Assembly (NCBI RefSeq): GCF_031769215.1
Contig: NW_026782081.1
Coordinates: 2,604,001 to 2,668,000 of the forward strand
Length of the DNA: 64,000 nt
Reading direction: 5' to 3'
Source: Ylistrum balloti
Lineage: Eukaryota
Part shown: positions 1 to 13,053 of the stretch, one piece after another
How positions within the stretch are numbered: the stretch's first letter is position 1
How the letters are laid out: each line of letters opens with the position of its first letter
Position numbers and translations under genes: made by a program
The notes under the pieces: model-generated
The model's input: only the letters and a program-made list of their open reading frames with translations
Told to the model about the DNA's origin: nothing
Database searches by the model: none

Positions 1-2309
1 CAGAACTTTATCCAGAGGTATTGTGGCGGTACAGTATTTCCCATCAAACTTCCTTGAACTCTCTCCCATGCTTTTAAATGACAGGCACTCGTCAAAAGAT
101 CCTGTCCATTTAAAGTTTCCTTGTAATACCATGGCAGGTACTTTACCAGAGGCGTCGATCACTTTAAAGTGAAAGATTAGACTCGTATCAACAACATTGT
201 AAACACACGACGAAATTGGAGAGAACTTTATGTTGAGCATTGTTGTCATGATACTGTAAAATGGAGGGAGGGGAAGCAACAACAAGAAGAAAACATATCA
301 TAATCCAACCTAAAGTCAATAAAACTAGGGCTAAATATAGACAGAAGACAGATTTGCATGAAGACCCCGGAAAAACACACAAGGAGAATAAGACCAGGTG
401 TTCCGGAAGAGTAAGCGTAAGTCTCTGGCATAGTTTTCAACGGAATTCATAAGTTTCTTGGAATTCATACTCAAATTAACGGTGGGGTTCAAGATATTTA
501 GGACCCTTCATGAAGATCTCTTATGGCTTAACATTTTGAATGATATTTAAATCACCAATTACTATGTGCCCAGTTAAACCATGGTTTAAAGAAGAGGTAG
601 AACAAAGACAAGGTGACGGAGAAGTAGTTCTCAGGTCATCTACATTCAGTCGTTTCAGCGTTTGTAGTTGAAAAGTTTGAAAGCAACGGACTTTCAGTAA
701 GACTAGAGAGTTATTGGAGTATTTCTGCTTTAAAATAACAGATTTCTGGTGTATTATGTTGCATGTTAATAGCAACAACTCCCTTATTTGCAAACTCAAC
801 TTTCATAAATTGGCGAGTTGTTGGAGGATCGCGAATATCTGTACGAACAGGTTTGAAAACCCTGATTTGTGCCACATCATTAAAGATTTCATGAAGTCGC
901 CAAGCTAGTTTCCAGAGATCACTAGCAGCGGTATCAGCTGAATCCACTTAAAGTTTTCGTAACGAGGAGAGCAGAAAATGATGGACACCTTTTGGTTTCT
1001 GTTAAGTATCTACTACACCTTCAATCGGTACATCATATTTACTTTTTTATAATGCCTCTTCTATTCATGGCTACCATTACGTGTGATTTAAGGAGCGAAT
1101 AAAGCCTAAACGCCGTTGTTACTACATTCAGGACTGGACAAATTTCATAGAGTCCACATGGTCATTGAAGCCATAGGGCGTTACAGTGCAAAGGCATTTA
1201 TTAAAGTGTTCCTCACTTTGTCTACAGTTCGATATGCTCTGTGTGGGGACATTTGTATGGTGTTATTTTTTCCAGAAAAACCAGAACAAAATATTGCTAG
1301 CTATCATATACAATGAGAATCATTGATGAATACATAAAATAAGTAGTCTAGTCTTTGGAAAAGAACATTGAATGTGTATGCTTTGAGTAAATAGAAATAT
1401 GTACTTACTTTTCAATGCTGTGACATTGTCAGTTGTAATTTCAATAAGGTGATTCCAACAAACAGTGGAAACAGGGGAAAATTGCCGAATGATGAAGTCT
1501 GAAAAAACTTTTATCTGGTCATTAGTAAGGTGCGAAATGATATCACTGATGTCTATATTTCCATCATTTCCATACAGCCTTCCAAACTTCTTTAACATAT
1601 CCGGTGGAAGTGTTATGCCGCTGCCGAACAGAAGCTGCAGGAAAGCGGTATCATTTCCTGAAGCATGCAATAGTAACGCATCAGTTATCATTTTTAGATT
1701 TTCCTGTGTTATAATGGACATGGGCAGGCCGATATTGTTAGAATGAATATAGCTACTTAACAGTGCTTGGATTTCCTTTCCTTGCAATGCATTTAGGAAA
1801 AGATTATTGATGTTTGACTGAAACACTGACGGCGTTTGATGTAATTTGTTGGATGTGTTTTGTCCAGGATTTGTGTCGTCAATCTCTGTCATGTTTCGGT
1901 ACCAGCTTCTGTAGAGCGTTGTACCCTCTGGTAGAACTTTCGGTTCGTGAAGAGCAGTTCTGTTTACAATTGACGTTCCGTTCCGTACTATCCCTGTTGG
2001 TATGCCATTTTTTTCAAGTTCTATAGTTTTGGAAGAGTGATGTAAAGCTCTGGTTGTAGACACTGGCGTTGGTGATAAAGGTGTTTTTCTTTTGAAATGA
2101 TCGACTGGGAGATTCATGCTACTTTGGTCACTCGAAAGTAAACGTTCCACAACTAAAGTTTCGCCTGTGGGAGTACTGTTGAGTCTCCCATTTGTAGACA
2201 CATTTTGCCGATAACTGTAATGATTAAAAGGTATAGTGCTTTGGGAAAAGCTCCAAATGCAACAGATGGTGGTGATGTGAAGCAAACCTCTACATCCGGA
2301 ACAAGTCAT
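1..2309 (-). CDS. nrf-6: Nose resistant to fluoxetine 6-like / O-acyltransferase-like protein (NRF domain + presumed Acyl_transf_3), 5' part only; the gene continues beyond the left edge
   Basis: Exon 1 = 2309-1409 (signal-peptide-like N-terminus; ends ...TALK A|gtaagt). Exon 2 = 161-<1 (tttaaag|TG). The split codon A+TG gives KMIDASGKVPAMVLQGNFKWTGSFDECLSFKSMGESSRKFDGKYCTATIPLDKVL, which matches the NRF-domain pattern xDAxGKxPxGxLxGNxxWxGxxDEC. The acyltransferase domain is outside the window and is inferred from the family. Confidence 0.85.
383..418 (+). repeat. Dispersed ~35-bp repeat core GGAGAATAAGACCAGGTGTTCCGGAAGAGTAAGCGT (copy 1 of 4)
   Basis: Close matches lie at 9646-9680 (reverse), 30481-30513 and 57183-57218. 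This copy sits just downstream of the retroelement relic on that relic's coding strand, so it is probably the element's 3' terminal sequence. Confidence 0.7.
480..950 (-). mobile_element. Decayed retroelement ORF fragment (region upstream of RT; probably Penelope-like) in nrf-6 intron 1
   Basis: Broken frames read WKLAWRLHEIFN...FMKVEFANKGVVAIN...SPCLCSTSSLNHGLTGHIVIGDLNIIQNVKP*EIFMKGPKYLEPH. I recognise FANKG, CxC...GHxxxGDL and KGPKYxEP from RT-encoding repeats of molluscs and cnidarians. Stops and frameshifts are present. The class assignment is from memory, not from a search. Confidence 0.55.
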
Positions 2310-3969
2310 GATGGGTCACAGATTAATTGTTGTAAAATTGCTCACTAATCACTTTCCAATATGTGAATAAGAACATCCAGGATTTCGCAATCACAAATAA
2401 CCATGATTCACGTTCATTGTAAATACCCGAGTCTGTTGTTATGAAACACCAGGGTATTGTATGTAGATAACGCTCCGTGTACTACCGTTACTTTACGGTA
2501 TATATACCTATGCTCTGAGTAAATCAATTTTGAAAAATAAATCTTTAACGTTTGAATTCTTTTGAAGTGTACATGAGGAAGTCTTTATAAACTTTTTACT
2601 CTGAGATCCGCAAGTTTCCAATGGAACATGGAAATGTTACCCAACACAGGTATGTAAAGCTACCTTGTATGTCTATACTTTTAACTGCTCATGATCAAAT
2701 GTTTGTTATCTACCGCCTAATCTATATGTCGCTGTGTGTATCCATTTAAAGGGCGGCGATATCAATAATTGTCGTTAAGATAACAACTGTTTTGGCAAAT
2801 TAACGAATGTAACCTATTTACGAAAATATACGCAATTTGGGTCAGTATTTGACTTATTTGTATAAAATGGAAGCTATAAACATATTTCCTAATCCTGATA
2901 ATCTCAAATGCAAGTTTTCAGTTTTAACATAATCATCTTTTGTAAACTTTAAAGGAATCATAATGAGTTATCAATAAATATGTATATATATAGAATCTTA
3001 ACTGAATTGTTAGTTTACATTGTATATATGGGTATGGAAATAATTTTCATTTTTCATGCCAATGGACTTATTCCAATGCTTTATAAATATATCTTGGAAG
3101 ATATATCTGAATATTATGAATATCTCTTAGCTCCATGGATCCAATATCAATGAGAATACCATAAATATCACATGGTTCCACGGATTGAATGGCCAAAAGA
3201 TTGTAGAGAATTTCAAATTACTTTTAAAGATATAACCACATTGGAAAATAGCCCGTTGCTTCGCGTTATATTACGTTCGATGTACATGTATTCGGTATCG
3301 AGAAAATGCTGATATGTATCAGATACTTTTGTGAACACAAGTGTCTCGGTGAATGTGATTCATTTGTTCATCGAATCAAATATCCAATGATCCAGATTTT
3401 CAAAATCATCAGGCAGGACATTTAAAAAGAAAATAAATAACTGTAAATGCGATTGTTGTTTGAAGAGGTGATTATCATTTCCCCAGCGATTCTATCTTGA
3501 ATGTGAAATAATCGCTGTCAGTTGAAGTACAAGTGTGCCTAACGGTCATGATATGATTGGACAAACATGACATCCTTTGGTCAACATCGCTTTATCTACA
3601 TCTTATGTCCATTTATCTATACTAGACAGTATTCTTGAGTAAGAAACCTTTAAGTAGGTAAACAATATATACTGTGATATGATGTACTAATAATTTGGTT
3701 AATACTATTTTTATGTAAGAAAACTAATTAATTATAACCTGCTATATTAATGTAAGACATCACATGATTTTATTTTAGTATTAGTATTTACACCTATCAA
3801 CAATTTTTTACGCGAAATGAAAATATATTTTTCCAAGAAGAAAGTTGTATACAATGACAATAAATTGAAGCATACGATACGTTGAACGTGATGTCTCGCA
3901 CCTAACCCAGTTATGAGAGATAGACTATCTCGATTATCAGCGGGACCCTACTGCATAAGTCAGCTAATC

Positions 3970-6900
3970 ATGGCGAAGGTAAGGAGAAAAGCTTTACAGA
4001 TTACAATATAACATAATATGTATTTCTAAAGGTTTCTTCAACCATTTTTGACTCTATCTATTACATTGTGACCTATGTTATATTGAGATATGCATAATAG
4101 ACAATGACTCGCTTCAATTATCTAATTGTTTGCTGACCATCTAGAGTAAACAGATATAAAAAAAAAAACAAAAAAACAAAAAAACAAAAAAACACAGGAG
4201 ATGAGGTACGTTTATCGTGACACGTGTAACTATATACATACATATATATATACATAATGTTGTAGCGTCATTGATGTATCTATAGATAAGTTGAAAGCAC
4301 CTTTCGCTAATTTTGGCTTAATGGTTGTGTGACCTGTTAATAACACACTTCAAAAAGCTATTCCAAAGTTGCATTAACCTATTCTGTACCCTGGTATGTT
4401 TTTGTTTACCATCCTTTAGAACATAATGATATGACCTTTAGTGCAATGTCGGTAATAAAAACTTCATAAATATATTGAGATAGTATAACTCATAACAAAT
4501 CATAACTAAAAAATAAATTGGTTTACTCTCTTCAACGCAAAAATGTATAGAAATCAAAATAAAAGTCAAATTATTACGAAGCAATCATAGATTACTAACT
4601 GTGAGATAACCTTTGTGACCTTGAAATCTACTGGATGTCATAATATAATACAGATATCAGTTTTTTTGTATCGGCATTCCCTTCTTGCAGACTACAGATT
4701 ACTGGGTCGAAGGTTTGGTAGCTGCCGTCTTCACACCCTTGGATAATAATGGGTAAACTGCTTTATTCATGAATTTATTGAATCTAGAAGACTGCTATAC
4801 AGTATAAATCCGACTATTTCAAACTGAAGTCATTTATCAATGCATGTGATTACGTGGTAAGGTATTACTATTTTGTACTTATATATATCATAGTTGTACG
4901 AGCATATCTTTACAGGGAACTGGAATTATCTAAGATAGAACCATACTGTGAATATCTGCTGAAACATAACATTCGTCATGTATATGGTAAGTATCGTGTG
5001 GTTGTCACACAGTTTTATATTCAATATAAAACACCCCAAATTTATTCAAATTCAAGTAAAACGTTTTCATCCTGATTTAAGATTGTTTAGGAAAAGAGAT
5101 ATTACAGTACACAAATTTCGTAAAAATGTTCCAGTGTACCATACAGACTACAGGGCATTTTGTCTGAAGCAAGTTGGTGCCTTATTGCCATGCTGGAATT
5201 AAAGAACTCTTCTGACTTTATAGTTACAATGCCTTGTGTAGCGTACTTGTTGTGTTATACTATAAATACTCCTAATTGGAATGTAAATGTGAGTATTTAT
5301 CTAAATCTACTTGACGTACTATTCTGTACAAAGACACAGTCTATGATAACCGGTACCACTCAATTATTCGAAATGGAATCCAACTAGTGACAAAACATGT
5401 GAATGTCTAGGGATTTTAAAGTTTAAAAGAAAGGATTTGCCAAAAGAAAATCAATATCTACAGGTGACCTTTCAAAAAGTAACTGAGATGAAAGTCTTAA
5501 CGTGACCAAGAACACAAATTGAGAGATAACCCCAGGCCCGGGAACACACGTAAGCGGATGCCATGGAAATCGCAAATCCAACCTGCCGTGTCCTGAGCAA
5601 TAAGGTGCCAGATTACTGGTAGCATACAATGATTGTGTTCGGAGAGGACATTCACAAAATGATATAGTGATCCTGGCACAAGGACTGGAAACAAAACATG
5701 TGTAGATAACGATCAGCGATAACTTATATCACAGTACCACACACACACGCTGGTTCTCAATACTCTCGACATTACATCTACTATGAAAAGAAATTTACGA
5801 TGTTTCGTCCATACACATTGAACACACGTCGTATCAAAAAAGCTTACATGATACACCATACTAACTTGGCAGAGAAAATAAACAGGATTTATGACATTTT
5901 TTCCCGATTATTTTAAAACATGTAAATGACATTTGTTAAAAGTTATCAAACACCTAAAACCATTGTCAACTAAATCAATTACAGACACATCTAACCTGTG
6001 CACATTTCGTTAGGAAAATGAAAATTTGCCTTATTTTAACCCATTTGATGTTATGTCTGTTGTAGTCAATGGCACCACAGGAGAAGGGAAATTACTTACT
6101 CTGCCGGAGCGTAAGACTATCGCTGAAAAATGGATCAATGTATCGAGGAAAAGGTAGGATGGACGTTTGATATCAAATTTTGTATTAATGTGTAATAATA
6201 CTCAAGGCCATAACACGGGAGAACGGAAATTATGCCGAATTAGGCATGTAAAAACCAAATAAAACATGTTACTTGAGAAATTAATGTAATGCTAATTGAT
6301 CTGAATTTAATGTCATACATTTAAATTTGCACTTCCTTTATAAACTTTGCAAAGGTAAACGACTTTCATTAGGCTATGAAAACAATGATATTCACAAGCC
6401 ATTTGGGAAATATCAGTTTATGCGTAGTAATGCACAAAGGGAGGGCTACACCGAAAGGTATTCGAAATCCATGGCTTACCGTGACCAGAATACTAAATAA
6501 GAGAAAACCTTAAGCCCGGTAGCATATATATGTGGTCATTTAAATCAACAACAAAAAAGTATCCTGGATAAACAGTTCTAATTGCCTGAAGTTGATCAAG
6601 ATTGTGTTAAGGGAATAAAATCTGCAACGCACTTGTGATCCTTGTTGAAATATCAAGGAAATATCCAAAAGAGAAACTGTGATTTATGACAGAGAAACTA
6701 TTACATATGTGTAGTTGCAGAAAAACGCCAAGCATAGTTATTTATGCATGGACATGGTGGGCTTCTTGTAATTTGAATGTAACCAATAAAATTTCATAGT
6801 GTTAATGAAGGTTAAAGAATTACCTCCAATACTTATATAACGACTGACATAATTGTGATTTCTCTGGGGCTCTATCTTTTGATTCAGATTGTCAGTGATG

Positions 6901-9900
6901 ATCCATGTTGGATGCTTGAACTTGGCAGAAAGTCTGGATTTGGTAAGGTGATATTTAATTGACACTATTGAACAATGCAGCGTAATATACATTATTACTA
7001 TAATGGTAGGGAAAAATTCCTCTTTAAGATAGAGGTAAAGATACACATAAGTGAAAAACACTTCTAAATAAAAATTCATTGAGCTGCATCCAGTTCTTGT
7101 CTTCATCAATGACGCTTGATGTTCAAATCAGAATAATCAACGATTGTCAAAAAGAGCTATTGATATTTGCTCCCAACGTACCCTTGTAAATAAAATGACC
7201 TCATTCGAAATTAAAAAGATATATAGTTATAAGGCTAATTGAAGAAAAAAAAAATTCTTTCAGACTCGACATGCTGCTAAAGCAGGAGCTGACGCCATAG
7301 CAACACTTCCGCCATTGTTCTTCAAACCAAACAACATAGGTATGATAATGATTAGATACTCCTATATCTTTATCACAACATCCAATCCGACGTGTTCCAC
7401 GGAACCAACGTCACACTCTCAACTCAACGACAACTTTTAAAATAAGTGTTCTGAATTATATTCAAGCGCAAAACGATGACGTGTCACAAATTCTACTCTC
7501 TAAGCCTGATTGTATGTCTATTGTACATCAACAATGTCGTACATCAAAAGGAAGGGGAATCTAAACTGCCATCTAACTACCGATACATTTAAATAAAGCC
7601 TGTTTATTCCTCACTATTCACAGCGTTGCACGACATTATTTTGTTACGCTATCCTTCTACATCTTCATACCACTGTAGTCACGTGGTCATATTATAACAT
7701 ACGTAAACCCCAGATATGAAGTACAAATGTATGTTAGTTTTTCAAAATCGTATAGCTATATGTATTTTTTAGAGTAAAGTTTATACATGTACATTCGATC
7801 ATTCTTCAGTAACCTACAAGTCGATAGAAATCCGACATGAGTTCACAAAACTAAAACTATGTACATCTGCAAGCAAATATATAAAAATGGACAGCTGCCA
7901 TCTTCAACCTACCATTTAAACATATTCTTAGTCTTAGTTCCTTTTTCCGTCGCCACAAGATCTGTATCGACGCAAGGTTACATGTCGTTAAGCTTAATTT
8001 ATCACATCAGTGCCCTTTTCTCACTTTAGATGCTCTAGTGCGGTACTGTAAGGTGATTGCCGATGAAGCCTCCCACTTGCCGTTTTACTATTATCATCTC
8101 CCAATCATGTCGCAAGTATATCGTAAGTATTACATCCTACTTGTAAGATAGTCTTGTCTGTATTACGAATAAACATAACAACCATTAACAAAAAGTCTTG
8201 TGGACAAGATTTATCATTTTGTTTACATTTACTGTTTGTAATAAGATTTTCAACCCCATACTTCGTTTACATGTATAATAATGTCAAGCCTCTGTACATT
8301 GTTTGCTATGATGTATTGAAGGTCAAAGATTAGCTGTTAGACTTACCGAGGGAATTCGGACATCAGGTCAAGTAAAAAATTATAGCTGATAGATAGGAAG
8401 TGGTTTCAACAATTCAACTGTGTAGATCAATACTGCATTAGGCTAATTACAATATTTCTAAATATAATTGTATCATATGATTTACTGCCAAGAACAGTAA
8501 AGTTGTGAATTTACAACCACGACAACTTCTTAAATACAATAGATACCAGCATACAATCTTTTAGTATTTATTACTTATAGAACATTTTACTGATACACTG
8601 AATGAACTAATCCCTTCTGGACCTGTTCAGTAAACATGGAAGATTTCCTCAACCGCGCAAAGGATGAGATCCCGAATATGGCTGGAGTGAAGTTCTCCGA
8701 CAAAGATCTTGTCGATTTGATAGGATGCAGATTCGTGGATGACGGGCGCTATAATTTGTTATATGGATGTGATGAGGTAGAGTATCCAGTTAAACAAATA
8801 AAATGATAACAGTTTAGAAGGTCATACTCGAAGAGAACTCGAGTGGAATAACACCGATTATTCATATTATCAGCAAACTGTATACAAGTTGTAGGAGTTA
8901 TCTTCCTTGGAATATGGTATTAAAAACAATCAAAATTTTCAGTGTAAAATTAATCATTTTGATCAAATATCTTTACTATGGAACAACGTATGTGATTTAT
9001 ACTTCGTGTGATCTGTGTATTTGTATCCTCGATTGGAAGAAGGCTAATATAGGCAGCGACAATAAAGTTGATTGAATATTTACAATTTATCGTTAGTTGG
9101 TTAGAGTAGATGCAAATCAGTTTAAGAAAGCTAAAGAAAGAAAGTGTATGTTGTTGCGTTTGTCAGCGTTTACTTCTGGTAATGTAGACTGATCAATTGC
9201 AAAACAAATTTAGTGTTAATGTTATAAAGAGAGGATAAATTTATTTATATCACAATCACATTTATATGTGGATCTAAAGAATAGAAAAAAAAACTATTTC
9301 TATAATGGCATATTCCTGTCACATTTTAACATTTTTTTTAGATAAATATCTCGCCAAAGTTCACTCAAAATCCCTTACTATGATTGGCGTTGTTCAACTT
9401 AATTGTCATTCTTTGACTTTTATAAATATTGTGAGTTTCTCAATATAGTTATCTCACTTCCAGCGTTACTTTTCTCCTTTCTTCCTCTCTATCAGCGATA
9501 ACCTTTAAACTTGATAAAGACCATTTGAAAATTTTAGGTGGCCATCTAATTAGGAAATATTATATTTGGTTATCTGTTGGATATAGTTTAGTGTGTCTGG
9601 TGGCTTCGTGTTTTATATGTTTTATATTAGATATTGGATCAATGATACTTACCATTCCGGAACACTTGGTCTTATTCTCCTTGCAGTTTATTTAATTTGT
9701 TCCTATGTTCGTAGTTTGCCATTTTTCATAAATGTCTAAGTGTGTATGCTAGTGTCTTATTGATATACCATACAGCAACTGATGGCTGGTCTGGTGACAG
9801 GAGCTCATGGGGCTGTGGGTAGTCTCCATAACTTCATGCCTGACTTGTACCACAGAATGATACAGCGGCTGAAGGATGGTGACTTTGATAGTGCACGGAA

Positions 9901-10762
9901 GGAGCAGATACACGGACAACGTCTTTGTAGGATCATATACCGTTATGGTGAGCTTTATGTGACCATATACCGTTATGGTGAGCGGACATTGAACTGATCA
10001 AATTGCTTATCGTCATGATTGTGAGCAAATTTCATTTACAGTCTACAGTTTGCCAGTGGGTTTATGTAAAAAACATAACATTTTTTGTTTACACAAGGTT
10101 AACTTTATAGTGTTAATCTATTTGGAGTTGAGTTACCTACCTTTACTTACACGTCTCACAGTACGTGAAGGGAAACCACTACTACATTACAGTTCACTTT
10201 GAAAGCCAAACACCACCTACAATATGTTTGCTGGTGACTTTGAAACATTATCAACAATTGGTTTATGTTTATAGCATTCTGAGCTATACTCTGGAAGCTC
10301 TTGATGTTAATTGGTGCCATTATATTAGAATGAACATTTCATGGCTACACCACAATTGACATTAGGGTATTTTTAATTTTTTAATGGGAATTTTACATTT
10401 CATTATGTTGCCAGAGTGTACTGATCCAAGTAATTTCAACATCAATCCGAAATGTGAAATCAAATAACGCTTTCGTAGTTACAATATTATTTTTTCCAAA
10501 TATTTTTAACATTTCATACCAGTTAGTTCATTCATTGTGGGACGAGAGGTTATATACAACACAATTAAGGATCAAATGTTCTTTCCTTTGTATCTTGACA
10601 GGATCGATTTTGGGAGGAAATGTCGCGGCGCTGAAAGCCATGATGTCCATTATCGGGCTTGATATGGGACCCCCTAGGGAGCCAATGCGTGCTATGACAT
10701 CACAGGAGTTCTGCAATTTTAAATCTGAAGTTGAAAGTATTGGATTTTTTGAATGGCACTAA
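3970..10762 (+). CDS. NPL: N-acetylneuraminate lyase (sialic acid aldolase, DHDPS/NAL TIM barrel), complete, ~310 aa
   Basis: Ten phase-consistent GT-AG exons: 3970-3978, 4691-4752, 4916-4986, 6066-6153, 6888-6942, 7264-7339, 8030-8122, 8631-8776, 9776-9947, 10602-10762 (933 nt). Motifs: EGLVAAVFTP, VNGTTGEG, IHVG, GADAIA..PP.FFKP, LPFYYYHLP (catalytic Tyr), GVKFSD (Schiff-base Lys), GCDEQL, GAVGS, MGPPR.P. Confidence 0.95.
9646..9680 (-). repeat. Dispersed repeat core, copy 2 (inverted), in NPL intron 8
   Basis: TACTTACCATTCCGGAACACTTGGTCTTATTCTCC is the reverse complement of the 383-418 motif with a few mismatches. Confidence 0.65.
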
Positions 10763-13053
10763 ATTAACGTGTGTTTTTACATATACAGCTAATTATTTCG
10801 CATTTTGACCGGCATACAAACTGATCCAATTGACATATCTTGATCCTCAAATCTCTGAGATTATTGCAATTTGAGCATAATTCACATCTCTATTTGTATC
10901 TTGCCAAGTTGAACGGTGGTTGATCAATGATATATTTCTGTAATTTTGTATCAAAGGAACATCGCTATGAGTATGAGCTATTTAAGATATTAATTTAATA
11001 TTTGTGTCGTTAGGATGGAGTTATATATATATTACTTCAATGAATTCAGTATTTTCTTTGTTGTCATTTTCCAACCACGCGGCCCACCTGTTGTATGTAC
11101 ATCGTGCCAGTACTGAGGGTAATAGTAATCTTTCCATCTCACTATAACATGATTGTATATGTATCATGTTTTACTTGAAGTGGTCCACGTTCGCTGAAAA
11201 ACCACCGCTGTATCGCTCTCTACGGTAAACGGGTTTTCTTTTCTTAGTTACTTTTTTCATAAACATTGGATTATATTGATATTGATAGCCCAATAAATCT
11301 ACGCCCACACATTTTAACAGTTCATGGACATACGAATTCTTGAATAAAAAAACCTACGAAGTCACTGAAATTAATATCCCCATGAAAATGTATAGTTTAA
11401 CTGTACATGTATATGTATATGTACACCATGATGCTAGTTTCACCTGAGGGACTGGAAACTGAACATCACATTGATGTTATCTTTTGTTCTTATGTGCTTA
11501 CGTTGAAGGGAATAGTTTATGTATGTTAATAGATCATACTGTAATTCATTGTTATAAATTGGTTTAAGGTATTCCATGTATAATACACGCTGTTTGAAAA
11601 GTTCACAACGTTTATATTATTGTTTTTTTTTAACAAACCTTTGTGATACATCCCAAAATTTATATGAACTTTTACCCATATACTGCTTCTTCGAAAAATA
11701 CTGTCTTCTATGTGCTAACGGCTTTCACAGCATGTAGACAGAACTTTGTGGAAAACAGATATGAAAATGATATATTTCAATTTATGACACGAAAAATATC
11801 GTATCTTTTTTCCAACATTCACAATGAAAGTAAATCAAGCATCATGTGATATAAAGCTACCTAACATGAAATAATGAAAGGTACAACAGGAAAGTTGCTA
11901 CCAACTGACATTGATGAAATGATGTCTTAATTTTGTTTCATCTGTTATATTTGGCAAAACATAGAAAAAAATCAACTTGCACTCCCCCATCTACTTTATT
12001 GTTAATGTTTTGAACTTTATAATCATACACAAGGTCATGTCTCTAATCATCAATTATATACCATGCAATATTGCTATTATGAAAGTCACAGTATAACCTG
12101 CCTTTTCTCTTATTTAGGGAAATCTCCCCATGATTCCATTTTTTGTCGTTCAACACGTGACATCTGCTACAAACAACACTGGCTTGATTATTGTATATGA
12201 CAATATGATTCATTCTTATATACAAGTAGACTTTTTATTTGTGAAGATGTAGAAATGTATTTCAAGCTGGGATAGATTCCCACAAGGTCAAGCAAACAGT
12301 TGCATTTGCAAAAAATAAGGCAATAATTTTCGATTGATTACATGAAATTTCATTTTTAATGCAATTCTAGTTTTATTACATCATAAACCAATAACTGCTT
12401 CTTTCATTATACACATTATAGCTCATTCAAAAGTCATCAAGGATTAAACACCATAAACAATACAACACTAATAGAATATGTTCAACGTCCCCATATATTC
12501 TGATCTAAAAGTGAAAAATGTGTTATAAATTAAGATAAAAAATAACGTTTTTAAAGTAACACCTAATGCAAGCTGTATTTATTTCTGATATTTCATAGAT
12601 TTGCTGACGATGTAACAGGGGATTTGTGACCATTTTATTCTTTTTGTCCGACTCATACCTTTTTTACATTTCAAACTTTGTAGAAATAGAAGAACAATTA
12701 TGTTAACTCGTTATATAAGCTCGTTCAACAACTGTTTGGCTATCACTTAATGTTGTCAGTAATAAAGAAATATTATCTATTCAATAAGCAAAATTGGAAT
12801 TTAGCCTTCGAATGAGTATCTATCTGCACATCCGCTCAAAGACATTGGCATGCACAAAGACATCTGATGAACATATCTTATTTCTACATAGATATTGGTT
12901 AAACATTAAAAGGACATAACGCTGATTAACACTTTTAAAATACATCACAATTTAATCTTTCAAGAATCAGTCAATATTTTATCTGCAAAACAGTTCACGA
13001 ATTATCAAAAGATTCTGTGGTTGTATCGGTATGTTATTGTTTTCAAATACCCG

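Noticed and set aside
5420-5700. GC-richer patch with short ORFs in NPL intron 3
   Set aside because: Stops in all + frames, no recognisable motif, and NPL exons 3 and 4 join in phase without it.
3970-10762. NPL as a horizontally acquired bacterial nanA
   Set aside because: It has nine spliceosomal introns and animal-type motifs (GAVGS, MGPPR.P, KFSD), which fits a vertically inherited NPL.
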